Source of the DNA: an uncultured Gemmatimonadales bacterium
Lineage (GTDB): Bacteria; Gemmatimonadota; Gemmatimonadetes; Longimicrobiales; RSA9
DNA length: 64,000 nucleotides
Direction of reading: 5' to 3'
Assembly (NCBI GenBank): GCA_963708135.1
Contig: OY970192.1
Coordinates: forward strand, 2,592,001 to 2,656,000
Under the pieces are notes generated by a model. That model did no database searches. It was not told where the DNA came from and worked only from the letters and a program-made list of their open reading frames with translations. The position numbers and the translations under genes were made by a program. Below, one piece after another: positions 37,005 to 48,879 of this stretch (its first letter is position 1; each line of letters begins with the position of its first letter).

Positions 37005-37843
37005 TCAGGGCGTGCCCGGCTCGGGCTCCGGCTGGTCGGCGAGGACGCGCAGCACCCCGCGCACGAGGAGGGCGAAGCGCGCGGCCGCCTCGGCCCCGGC
37101 TGCGATCACCTCCTCATGGGCCAGCGGCGCCGGCGCGAGCCCCGCCGCCAGGTTGGTGATGAGCGAGATCCCGAGCACGCGCAGCCCCGCCGCGCGGGCG
37201 GCGATCACCTCCGGGACGGTGCTCATGCCCACGGCGTCCGCGCCCATCCGCCGGAACATGCCGATCTCGGCGCGCGTCTCGTAGCTGGGGCCGGACACGG
37301 CGAGATAGACCCCGCGGACGGTGCGGATGCCCTGCTCGAGCGCCACGGTCTCGGCGCTGCGCCGGAGCTCGCGGTCGTACGGCCGCGACATGTCCGGAAA
37401 GCGCGGCTCCCCCGGCAGCGGGAAGCCGACGAGCGGGCTTCGCGCCATGAGGTTCACGTGGTCGTCGAGGATCATGAGGTCGCCCGGCCGGAAGGCGGGA
37501 TTCAGGCCTCCCGCCGCGTTCGTGACCACCAGCGTCGTCACCCCGAGCCCGGCGAGCACCCGCAGCGGCGCGACCACCGCGCCGGCGGGATGGCCCTCGT
37601 AATGTGGTAGCGGCCCTGGAGCGCCACGCACTCCACCCCCTCGAGGTGGCCGGCCACCAGCACGCCCGCATGGCCCTGTACCGTGACGGCGGGAAAGCCC
37701 GGGATATCGCCGAAGGGGACGCGCACCGGATCCTCCAGCCGGTCGGCGAGGGCTCCGAGGCCGGAGCCCAGGATGAGACCCACGCGCGCCCGGCGCGTGA
37801 GCCGCGCCCGCAGGAAAGTCACCGCATCCGTGCCCGCGGTCAT
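37005..37843 (-). pseudogene. punA: Purine-nucleoside phosphorylase (trimeric PunA/XapA type) with a 1-nt deletion at ~37602 (possibly a sequencing error)
   Basis: N-terminal frame has ILGSGLG..GHAG..LQGRYH; C-terminal frame has YEG..TNAAGG..GPSYET.AE..GADAVGMSTVPE. The QGRxHxYEG motif is broken by CAC-AT-TAC. Confidence 0.88.
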
Positions 37844-39474
37844 ATGATCATGCCGGCAATCGTGGCCGTCATGAACGAGGCGAGCGTGCCGGCGATCATG
37901 GCGCGCAACCCGATCCGGGCCAGGTCGCTCCTGCGCGAGGGGGCGAGGCCGCCGATCCCGCCGATCTGGATGGCGATCGAGCTGAAGTTCGCGAACCCGC
38001 ACAGCGCGTAGGTCGCGATGATCACCGACCGCGGGGACAGGTTCACGCCCGCGGTGAGCATGTCGCTCAGCTGCAGATAGCCGACGAACTCGTTCACCGC
38101 GGTCTTGATGCCGAGCAGGGAGCCGATGGCCGTGGCGTCCTTCCACGGCACCCCCATGACCCAGGCGATCGGCGCGAGCAGCCAGCCGAAGATGGCCTCG
38201 AGGGTGAGCTTTCCGCCGGCGGGCAGCCAGCCGTGGGCGATGAGCATGGCGGTGAGGTGCGTCGCATGGCCCACGCTCGAGAGCAGCGCGTTGATGAGGG
38301 CGATGAGCGCGATGAAGGCAAGCAGCATTGCGCCCACGTTCAGCGCCAGGCTGAGGCCCTCGCCGGCGCCACGCGCGGCCGCGTCGATGACATTCACGTC
38401 CGGCGAGTCGATCACCGCGCCGAGCTGGCCGCGCGTCACCGGCTCCTCCTTCTCCGGAAGCATCAGCTTCGCGAAGACGAGCGCCGCGGGCGCGGACATG
38501 ACGCTCGCGGCCATGAGATGTCCCGCAATGTCGGGGAAGCGGGAGTGCAGCATGGCCACATACGCGGCCATGACGCCTCCCGCGACGGTGGCGAAGCCGC
38601 CGCTCATGACGGCCATGAGCTCCGATTGCGTCATGGTGGCCACGAACGGCTTGATGAGGAGCGGGGCCTCCGTCTGGCCCATGAAGATGTTGCCGGCGGC
38701 GGAAAGCGTCTCGGCCCCCGACGTACGCATGGTCCGCTGCATCACCCAGGCGAAGCCGCGCACGATCGCCTGCATCACGCCGAAGTAGTACAGCACGGTC
38801 ATGAGCGAGGAGAAGAAGATGATCGTGGGCAGCACGTTGAAGGCGAAGCTCGCGCCCGCGTTCGCGACCATCCCGCTCGTGGCGGTGAACGCGCCGTTGC
38901 CGGAGGCCGCGCCCGTGCCGACGGGGATGTTGTTCCAGACGAGGTTGCCGAAGAGGAAGCTGGCGCCCTGGATGGTGAAGTCGTAGAGCGAGATCACGAC
39001 ATCGTTCGCGACGGCGAAGATGCGCGCTCCGACGGTGGTCTTCAGGATGAAGACCGCGAACAGGAGCTGGAGCCCGGTCCCCCAGAGGACGACGCGCCAC
39101 TGGATGACGCGCCGGTCCACGCTCAGCAGCCACCCGATCAGGAGCATCACGAACATCCCGAGCACCGAGATCAGCCGCTCGGAGAACGGGGTCGCGATCT
39201 GCTCGCGCGCATTCCGCACCGCCTCCGCCGCGCTCCGCGGCCCCTGTCCGGCGGCCGGCGTGAGCACGGCGCCCGCGGGCGCCCCCGTATCGGGCGACGC
39301 GGGCGCGGCCGCAGCCGGGCCCTGCGCGGCGGACGCCGTCGAGTCGGCCGCCTGCACGGGCGGAACGGGGCCCCGGGACCGCCCGGCCACGGACGCGTAA
39401 GCTCCCGAGGCGAGCAACAGGGCTCCCAGGAGCCACAGGGCCAGGAGCCCGGGACCAGGCTTGGACTTCATCAT
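37840..39474 (-). CDS. nupC: NupC/CNT-family concentrative nucleoside transporter with N-terminal extension
   Basis: FAFNVLPTIIFFS, NIFMGQTEAP, GFATVAG, SVMSAPA, NEFVGY and YALCGFANFSS motifs. Confidence 0.94.
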   Translation of the reverse strand: MMKSKPGPGLLALWLLGALLLASGAYASVAGRSRGPVPPVQAADSTASAAQGPAAAAPASPDTGAPAGAVLTPAAGQGPRSAAEAVRNAREQIATPFSERLISVLGMFVMLLIGWLLSVDRRVIQWRVVLWGTGLQLLFAVFILKTTVGARIFAVANDVVISLYDFTIQGASFLFGNLVWNNIPVGTGAASGNGAFTATSGMVANAGASFAFNVLPTIIFFSSLMTVLYYFGVMQAIVRGFAWVMQRTMRTSGAETLSAAGNIFMGQTEAPLLIKPFVATMTQSELMAVMSGGFATVAGGVMAAYVAMLHSRFPDIAGHLMAASVMSAPAALVFAKLMLPEKEEPVTRGQLGAVIDSPDVNVIDAAARGAGEGLSLALNVGAMLLAFIALIALINALLSSVGHATHLTAMLIAHGWLPAGGKLTLEAIFGWLLAPIAWVMGVPWKDATAIGSLLGIKTAVNEFVGYLQLSDMLTAGVNLSPRSVIIATYALCGFANFSSIAIQIGGIGGLAPSRRSDLARIGLRAMIAGTLASFMTATIAGMII

Positions 39475-39505
39475 CCAGCTCGACTCCGCGTTGTCAGGGT
39501 GACGC

Positions 39506-40261
39506 TCACCACCCATAGGAATCCGGCGGACGCGGCGTGAACGTCCGCTGCCGGAGCTCCACGAGCTCCGGATTCTCGAACAGCTTGACCAGCGCCGCGC
39601 CGGTGATGAAGCCGCCGACGTGCGCCCAGAAGGCAACCCCGCCGCCCATCGACGGACCGCCGCGCGCGGACAGCAGCTGGATCACGAACCACTCGCCCAG
39701 GATGAACCAAGCCGGAATGGGAATGATGCGGACGAAGATGACGATCCAGAAGAGCGTCTGCACGCGCACGCGCGGATAGAGCACCAGGTAGGCGCCCATC
39801 ACCCCGCTGATCGCGCCGGAGGCCCCCACCGTCGGGATCGGCGAGGCCGGACCCGAGTAAACCTGCGCGAGCGCCGCCACCACCCCGACCAGAAGATAGA
39901 AGACCAGGTAGCGCAAGCGCCCCATCGAATCCTCCACGTTGTTCCCGAACAGCCACAGGAACCACATGTTGCCGATGAGGTGCATCCAACTGCCGTGCAT
40001 GAACATGCTCGTCAGGATGGCCGCCCAGGTCAACCCGCCGAACGGGCACGGCGCGCCCCCCAGGACCACCCCGCCGAAGCCGCCCGTCCGACCCGTGACC
40101 TCCGCCGGGATCATCCCGAAGCGGCATACCGACTGCGCCAGCAGCCCCGGCGACACGCCCGCGCCCTCGATGTACAGCCACGCCACCACGTTCAACGCGA
40201 TCAGCAGCACCGTGATGTACGGCGTGCGCAGCGTCGGATTCTCGTCGCGGAGCGGGATCAA
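39506..40261 (-). CDS. Rhomboid-family intramembrane serine protease
   Basis: TTG start (LIPLRDENP); SMFMHG..HLIGNM, GASG catalytic Ser and AHVGG catalytic His. Confidence 0.93.
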   Translation of the reverse strand: MIPLRDENPTLRTPYITVLLIALNVVAWLYIEGAGVSPGLLAQSVCRFGMIPAEVTGRTGGFGGVVLGGAPCPFGGLTWAAILTSMFMHGSWMHLIGNMWFLWLFGNNVEDSMGRLRYLVFYLLVGVVAALAQVYSGPASPIPTVGASGAISGVMGAYLVLYPRVRVQTLFWIVIFVRIIPIPAWFILGEWFVIQLLSARGGPSMGGGVAFWAHVGGFITGAALVKLFENPELVELRQRTFTPRPPDSYGW

Positions 40262-40287
40262 GGGCCTCTCCTCAGCGGGGGCCGGGC

Positions 40288-40317
40288 AGAATAGCCGCGG
40301 CCGGGCCGGCATGTCAA
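40288..40317 (-). promoter_or_regulatory. Sigma-70-type promoter for rhomboid-nupC-punA
   Basis: Minus strand TTGACA-N18-TATTCT. Confidence 0.6.
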
Positions 40318-40405
40318 CGCGCCTCGGCGCCGTGGCCGGCCCTGCCACGCTGGCAGCCGCACCCGGGTTTTCGCGCCGGAATGGCGCGCTTTTTCGGCTT
40401 GCGGG

Positions 40406-40421
40406 TGGCATGCGCGTTGCA
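40406..40421 (+). promoter_or_regulatory. Putative sigma-54 promoter of dnaK
   Basis: TGGCATG-CGCG-TTGCA, near consensus, 50 nt upstream of the ATG. Confidence 0.72.
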
Positions 40422-40471
40422 CCTCGCGGGGCCGATCGGGGGCGGGTATTTTGGCGAGCCAAGGAGACGAC

Positions 40472-42409
<1,938 letters not shown>

Positions 42410-42436
42410 GGCGAAGGGCGCCAACCGGCGCTCTGG

Positions 42437-42462
42437 AGAGGGGCGGCGAGAGCCGCCCCTCT
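42437..42462 (+). terminator. Hairpin after dnaK (putative intrinsic terminator)
   Basis: AGAGGGGCGGC-GAGA-GCCGCCCCTCT; weak U tract. Confidence 0.6.
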
Positions 42463-42585
42463 TCGCATTGTGGGGACCGCGCCTGCGGCCCGCGCAAGCC
42501 GCGCAAGCCGCTCCGGGGCTAGGATTTCACTGTCGGCAATAGTAGATTTCTGGTGTTCTCGCGCACCCCTAACCCGCACCCCCCG

Positions 42586-44103
42586 ATGATCCGACCTCTT
42601 CTTTCCAGAACCGGCATCGTCCTGTCCACGGGTCTGCTGCTCGTGTCGGGTCTCGGCCTGGCCAGCGGTGTGGCCTGGCGGCACGACACGGAGCGGGCCG
42701 CGCTGTTGCAGACGGCGCTGCCGCGCCCCCGGGACGTGCGGCAGGCCGGTGAGGTGAGCGACGGATTCGTCGCCATTGCGGGGTCGGTGACGCCGGCGGT
42801 GGTCCAGATCCAGGCGGAGAGCGCGCCGCGCTCGCGCACCGGCCGGCGCACGGGATTCCACGACTTCTTCCCGCCGACGCCGGACGGAGGCAGCGTGCCT
42901 GAGATCGCGGGCGGGTCCGGGTTCATCGTCTCGCCGGACGGCTACATCCTGACCAACAACCACGTCGTCGAGGGGGCCGAGCGCATCACGGCGACGCTGC
43001 AGGACCGGCGGGTGTTCGAGGCCAGGGTGGTGGGCCGCGACCCCACGACGGACGTGGCGGTGCTGAGGATCGATGCGCATTCGCTGCCCACGGTACGGCT
43101 CGGCGACTCGGACGACGCGCGCGTGGGCGAGTGGGTGCTGGCGATCGGGAACCCCGGCTTCGGCGACGCGAGCACTCTCGATTTCACGGTGACGGGCGGG
43201 ATCATCAGCGCGAAGGGCCGGCCGCTCAACATCCTTCGCTCGGAGCTGGGGCAGAGCACGTCGGGCAATTTCGCGATCGAGGACTTCATCCAGACGGACG
43301 CGGTGATCAACCCGGGCAACTCCGGCGGACCGCTGGTGAACCTGCGCGGCGAGGTGATCGGCATCAACACGGCGATCGCGAGCACGACCGGGTACAGCGA
43401 AGGGTACGGCTTCGCCATCCCGTCGAACCTCGCGCGCCGGGTGATGAAGGACCTGGTCGAGCACGGCACGGTGCGGCGGGCCCTGCTCGGGATCACGATC
43501 GGGGAGGTGAGCCCCGAGGACGCGGAGGTCTACCGGCTGCCCTCCATCTCGGGCGTGCTGGTGGAGGACTTCGCCGCGGACTCGCCCGCGCGCAAGGCGG
43601 GCCTCGAGCGCGGCGACGTCATCGTGGCCGTGGGCGGCACGCCCGTCGAGCGGCCGGGCCAGCTGCAGCGCGTGGTGGCGCAGCGCCAGCCGGGGGAGGA
43701 CGTCCAGGTGGACGTCATCCGCTATGGCGAGCGGCGGGGGTTCCGGGTCCGGCTGACGCAGGCGGCGCTGCCGAGCCCGGCGCCCGAGGTGGCCGAGCCA
43801 ACGGCGGCCGAGGCGGACGCCTCGCTCGGGCTGGACGTCTCCGACCTCACGGCCACCGCCGCGCGGCAGCTCGGCTTCGCACAGGCGAGCGGCGTCGTGA
43901 TCGCGCACGTGACGCCGTTCAGCCCCGCCAGCCGGAAGGGGCTCGCGCACGGCGACCGGATCGTTTCGATCGATCGCGTACCGGTCCACACGGCCGCCGA
44001 TGTGCGGGTGGCGCTCGCGAAGGCCGGGGCGGGACAGATCGTGTCGATCCTGGTCGAGCGGCCGGGCGGGCAGACGCACATCGCGAACGTGCGGCTGCCG
44101 TAA
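42586..44103 (+). CDS. DegP/HtrA serine protease with two PDZ domains
   Basis: GSGF, TNNHVV, TDVAV and IQTDAVINPGNSGGPL motifs; two PDZ-like repeats; N-terminal TM/signal. Confidence 0.94.
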   Translation: MIRPLLSRTGIVLSTGLLLVSGLGLASGVAWRHDTERAALLQTALPRPRDVRQAGEVSDGFVAIAGSVTPAVVQIQAESAPRSRTGRRTGFHDFFPPTPDGGSVPEIAGGSGFIVSPDGYILTNNHVVEGAERITATLQDRRVFEARVVGRDPTTDVAVLRIDAHSLPTVRLGDSDDARVGEWVLAIGNPGFGDASTLDFTVTGGIISAKGRPLNILRSELGQSTSGNFAIEDFIQTDAVINPGNSGGPLVNLRGEVIGINTAIASTTGYSEGYGFAIPSNLARRVMKDLVEHGTVRRALLGITIGEVSPEDAEVYRLPSISGVLVEDFAADSPARKAGLERGDVIVAVGGTPVERPGQLQRVVAQRQPGEDVQVDVIRYGERRGFRVRLTQAALPSPAPEVAEPTAAEADASLGLDVSDLTATAARQLGFAQASGVVIAHVTPFSPASRKGLAHGDRIVSIDRVPVHTAADVRVALAKAGAGQIVSILVERPGGQTHIANVRLP

Positions 44104-44107
44104 TCGG

Positions 44108-44136
44108 TTGATCCGCCCTGGCGCTTCCGTTAACTT
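44108..44136 (+). promoter_or_regulatory. Sigma-70-type promoter for tRNA-Leu-tig-clpPX
   Basis: TTGATC-N17-TAACTT, 13 nt before the tRNA. Confidence 0.6.
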
Positions 44137-44149
44137 TTCCACACGGTCG

Positions 44150-44231
44150 GCGAAAGTGGCGGAACTGGTAGACGCGCGAGATTTAGGATCTCGTGGGTAC
44201 GCCCGTGGGGGTTCGAGTCCCCCCTTTCGCA
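44150..44231 (+). tRNA. tRNA-Leu (TAG), CCA not encoded
   Basis: Acceptor GCGAAAG/CTTTCGC+A, D-loop GGAACTGGTAGAC, anticodon arm CGAGA-TTTAGGA-TCTCG, long variable arm and GGTTCGAGTCC T-loop. Confidence 0.95.
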
Positions 44232-44259
44232 TCGAGGATTCCGGGAGCCACGAGCCGAG

Positions 44260-45519
44260 ATGGCGACGAACCTGTCCGACAACGATCTGAAAGTCAGCGT
44301 GGAGGAGCCCGCGGCGTGGTCCCGCCGGCTGACGATCACCGTAGCGGCGGCGCGGGTGGCCCGCGAGCGCCAGGCGGTGGCCCGCCGGCTCGCGGCACGG
44401 GTGCGCCTTCCCGGGTTCCGGAAGGGAAAGGTTCCCGCGTCGGTGCTGGAGAAGCGCTACGGCGGCGCGATCGACAACGAGGCGGTCGAGCGGGTGATCG
44501 AGGAGGCCTACCGGGAGGCGATCGAGCAGCAGGGGTTGCAGCCGATCACGCAGGGCTCGGTCGAGAACCTGAGCTACGAGACGGGCGCGGACCTGACGTT
44601 CGATGTGGCGCTCGAGATCCGGCCGGAGCTCGAGCTGGGGCGGCTGGGCGGCTTCAAGGTGAAGCGCGAGCGCTCGCCGGTGACGGACGAGGACGTCGGG
44701 AAGGTGCTCCATCGGCTGCGCGAGGACCACGCGGTCTGGCATCCGGTGGAGGACGAGGCGCCCGCGCTCGGGGACATGGTCCGGGTGGAGATCACGCCGC
44801 TGGAGGGCGAGGAAGGTGAGGCGGCCCCGTCGCCGCGGCAGTACCGGCTGGTGCTGGGGGAGGAGGAGGCGAGGCCGGAGGTCGAAGAGGCGGCCCTCTC
44901 GCTGCGGCCGGGCGAGGAGAGGGAGCTCTCACTGGTGCACGAGGAGGGGGAAGGCGAGCCGCACGAGCACCGGGCGAGGATCAAGCTGCTCGAGGCCAGG
45001 CGGCCGCAGCTGCCGGAGCTCGATGACGAGTTCGCTCGCGGCGTCGGCGATTTCGAGGATCTCGATTCGCTGCGGGCGCGGGTGCGCGAGGACCTCGAGC
45101 GGGAGTCCGACTCCGAGGCGGAGACCGGGGTGCGCCGCGCGCTCGTGGAGCGCCTCATCGAGGCGAACCCCTTCGAGGTTCCAGGCGCGATGGTCGAGCA
45201 GTATCTGAACCGGCTGATCCGGCCCCGCGAGGGCGCGGACCCGACGCAGATCCAGGCGGCGCGCCTGAGCGCGGGCCCGGCCGCGCAGCATGCGCTCAAG
45301 CGGATGCTGCTGGTGGAGCGTGTCGCGGAGATGGAGAGCCTTGCCGCCACGGCGGCGGACCTGGATGCGAAGCTAGCGGAGCTGGCCGCGCGCTACGAGC
45401 GGACAGTCCCGGAGATCCGGCAGCAGCTGCAGAAGTCGGGGCAGCTGCACGCGCTGGAGGACGAGATCACGGAGGACAAGGTCTTCGGCTACCTGAAGTC
45501 GCTGTCAACGGTGGAGTGA
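44260..45519 (+). CDS. tig: Trigger factor
   Basis: PGFRKGKVP ribosome-binding motif and LPELDDEFA; upstream of clpP. Confidence 0.95.
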   Translation: MATNLSDNDLKVSVEEPAAWSRRLTITVAAARVARERQAVARRLAARVRLPGFRKGKVPASVLEKRYGGAIDNEAVERVIEEAYREAIEQQGLQPITQGSVENLSYETGADLTFDVALEIRPELELGRLGGFKVKRERSPVTDEDVGKVLHRLREDHAVWHPVEDEAPALGDMVRVEITPLEGEEGEAAPSPRQYRLVLGEEEARPEVEEAALSLRPGEERELSLVHEEGEGEPHEHRARIKLLEARRPQLPELDDEFARGVGDFEDLDSLRARVREDLERESDSEAETGVRRALVERLIEANPFEVPGAMVEQYLNRLIRPREGADPTQIQAARLSAGPAAQHALKRMLLVERVAEMESLAATAADLDAKLAELAARYERTVPEIRQQLQKSGQLHALEDEITEDKVFGYLKSLSTVE

Positions 45520-45577
45520 GGGGGCGCCCGCGGACGCGGGCGCATGCAGAGGGACGACGAGAGGAACGGACGAACGA

Positions 45578-46207
45578 ATGCCGGTTTACCCGCCTTACGT
45601 GATCGAGCGGACCAGCCGCGGCGAGCGAAGCTACGACATCTTCAGCCGACTGCTGATGGACCGCATCATCTTCCTCGGCACGCCGATCGACGAAACGGTC
45701 GCGAACATCATCATCGCGCAGCTTCTCTTCCTCCAGGCGGAGGATCCGGAGAAGGACATCAGCCTCTACATCAACTCGCCCGGCGGCTCCGTCTATGCCG
45801 GCCTGGCGATTTACGACACGATGCAGTTCCTGACGGCGCCAGTAAACACGATGTGCATGGGGATGGCGGCGTCGATGGGCGCGGTGCTGCTGGCGGCGGG
45901 CACCAGGGGCGGGCGGAGCGCGCTGCCGAATTCGAGGATCATGATCCATCAGCCTTCGGGCGGCAGCCAGGGGACGGCGGCGGATATCGAGATCGCGGCG
46001 AAGGAGATCCTGTACGCGCGGGAGCGGTTGAACGAGATTCTGGCCAAGCACACGGGCCAGTCTCCCGCGCAGGTGGCCGAGGACGTGGACCGGGACCGGT
46101 TCATGAGTCCCGTGGAGGCCAAGGAGTACGGCCTGCTCGACCACGTGGTCGAGCATCGTGGCGAGGTGGTGGAGGCGAGCGCCGGCAAGGGTCCCGCCAA
46201 GACCTGA
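45578..46207 (+). CDS. clpP: ClpP protease subunit
   Basis: [20 protein letters not shown] and IMIHQP motifs. Confidence 0.97.
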   Translation: MPVYPPYVIERTSRGERSYDIFSRLLMDRIIFLGTPIDETVANIIIAQLLFLQAEDPEKDISLYINSPGGSVYAGLAIYDTMQFLTAPVNTMCMGMAASMGAVLLAAGTRGGRSALPNSRIMIHQPSGGSQGTAADIEIAAKEILYARERLNEILAKHTGQSPAQVAEDVDRDRFMSPVEAKEYGLLDHVVEHRGEVVEASAGKGPAKT

Positions 46208-46275
46208 TCCGCCGCTGAAGCCGTCCGGGCGCCGGTGCCCGGGCGAGCGCCCATTCCCGCAGCCAAGTGCGTCCC

Positions 46276-47513
<1,238 letters not shown>

Positions 47514-47517
<4 letters not shown>

Positions 47518-48170
47518 GCGGCGCGCGGGCGAGCGGGGCGGTGGCGATCCGCTCCGTGGAGTTCGCCGGCGCGCTGGCCAGGCCGGGCGGCCGTCCACCG
47601 ACGGGGACGCTGCCGCAGGTGGCGTTCTCGGGCCGCTCGAACGTGGGCAAGTCCAGCCTCATCAACCGGCTCCTCGGCCGGACGCGTACCCCGGTGGCGC
47701 GCACCTCGTCCACACCGGGCAAGACCCGTGAGATAAACTTCTTCGTGGTGCGGGCGGCGAGGGACGGCGAGGGCGTGGAGTTCGCCCTCGTCGACCTGCC
47801 GGGGTACGGCTACGCCCGCGTCCCGCTGGAGGTGCGCGGCGGCTGGCGACCCCTCATCGAGAGTTACCTGGCCGGGACACCAGCGCCGAGGGGCGTGGCG
47901 CAGCTCATCGACGCGCGGCACGGGCCGACCGTGGAAGATGCGAAGATGATCGGGTACCTGGCCGAGCTCGGGCTGCCGGTGATCTTCGTGCTGATGAAGA
48001 TCGACAAGCTGACGCGGTCGGACCGGGCGCAGCAGGTCCGGCGTATCACCGAGAAGCTCGGCGCGGACGCGGAGCAGGTGATCCCCTTTTCGGCGCGAAC
48101 CGGCGAGGGGCGGGAGGTGCTGCTGGAAGCGCTGTCCGCGCTCGTTCACGCCCCTGGAGGTGAGCCTTGA
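47514..48170 (+). CDS. engB: Ribosome biogenesis GTPase YihA/EngB
   Basis: [19 protein letters not shown] and KIDK motifs. GTGA overlap with clpX. Confidence 0.94.
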
Positions 48171-48829
48171 AGACAGCTCGAGAGTGGACGCTCGCCATCG
48201 CGGCGGCGGCGTGCCTGGCCTGTACGGGCGCCGCGGCGCTTCCCGCGCCACGACCGTCGCCGGTGCGAGACTCCGCATCGGCCGCCTCCTCGCAGCAGCC
48301 CGCACTCGTGCCCGCGGGATACGGCACCCTGCGCCAGGACGTGATCACGATCCAGCTGCGGAGCGGGGCGCTACTCATCAAGGCGACACCGCTGGACGAG
48401 AACGTGATCCGGCTGACCGCGCCGGACACCTACCAGCGACTGCACGCCATGGCGGAGAGCCGGCGCGGTCAGGCGGCCCAGCAGGCGATGATGGACCGCC
48501 CAACCCTGTTCATGGTGACGCTGTTCAGCTATCAGCCGGACGTGACCTACCAGCCGGAGGACCTGCAGCTGCAGCAGCAGGGAGAGGTGCTCCGTCCCGC
48601 TGCGATCATCCCGGTGACGCCCGGCTGGGGGCGGCAGCGCCTGGGGCAGCAGGAGTCGCAGCTCGCGATCTACGCGTTCGACCCCGACGTGGACTTGAGC
48701 CAGCCTCTCAGCGTGCGCTACGAGATGGTCCAGAGCGATGCGTGGACCGGGATCATCCAGACGCTGGACGTGGAGCGCGCGAAGGTGCTGGCGAGGGCGA
48801 AGACGGACAGCGCGGGGACGAAGGACTGA
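48167..48829 (+). CDS. Hypothetical lipoprotein/secreted protein
   Basis: Signal peptide with ACLAC lipobox-like motif; normal codon bias; overlaps the engB stop. Confidence 0.65.
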   Translation: MKTAREWTLAIAAAACLACTGAAALPAPRPSPVRDSASAASSQQPALVPAGYGTLRQDVITIQLRSGALLIKATPLDENVIRLTAPDTYQRLHAMAESRRGQAAQQAMMDRPTLFMVTLFSYQPDVTYQPEDLQLQQQGEVLRPAAIIPVTPGWGRQRLGQQESQLAIYAFDPDVDLSQPLSVRYEMVQSDAWTGIIQTLDVERAKVLARAKTDSAGTKD

Positions 48830-48879
48830 TCCCACGGCGGCCCCGCGCCGTCCGCCTCGGCGGCGGGGCCGGCCGTCGA

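Noticed and set aside
40318..40471. CIRCE/HrcA operator at dnaK
   Set aside because: No TTAGCACTC-N9-GAGTGCTAA present.
44150..44260. tRNA-Leu as an integration site for a mobile element
   Set aside because: It is followed directly by tig; no integrase or duplicated tRNA 3' end was seen in the window.
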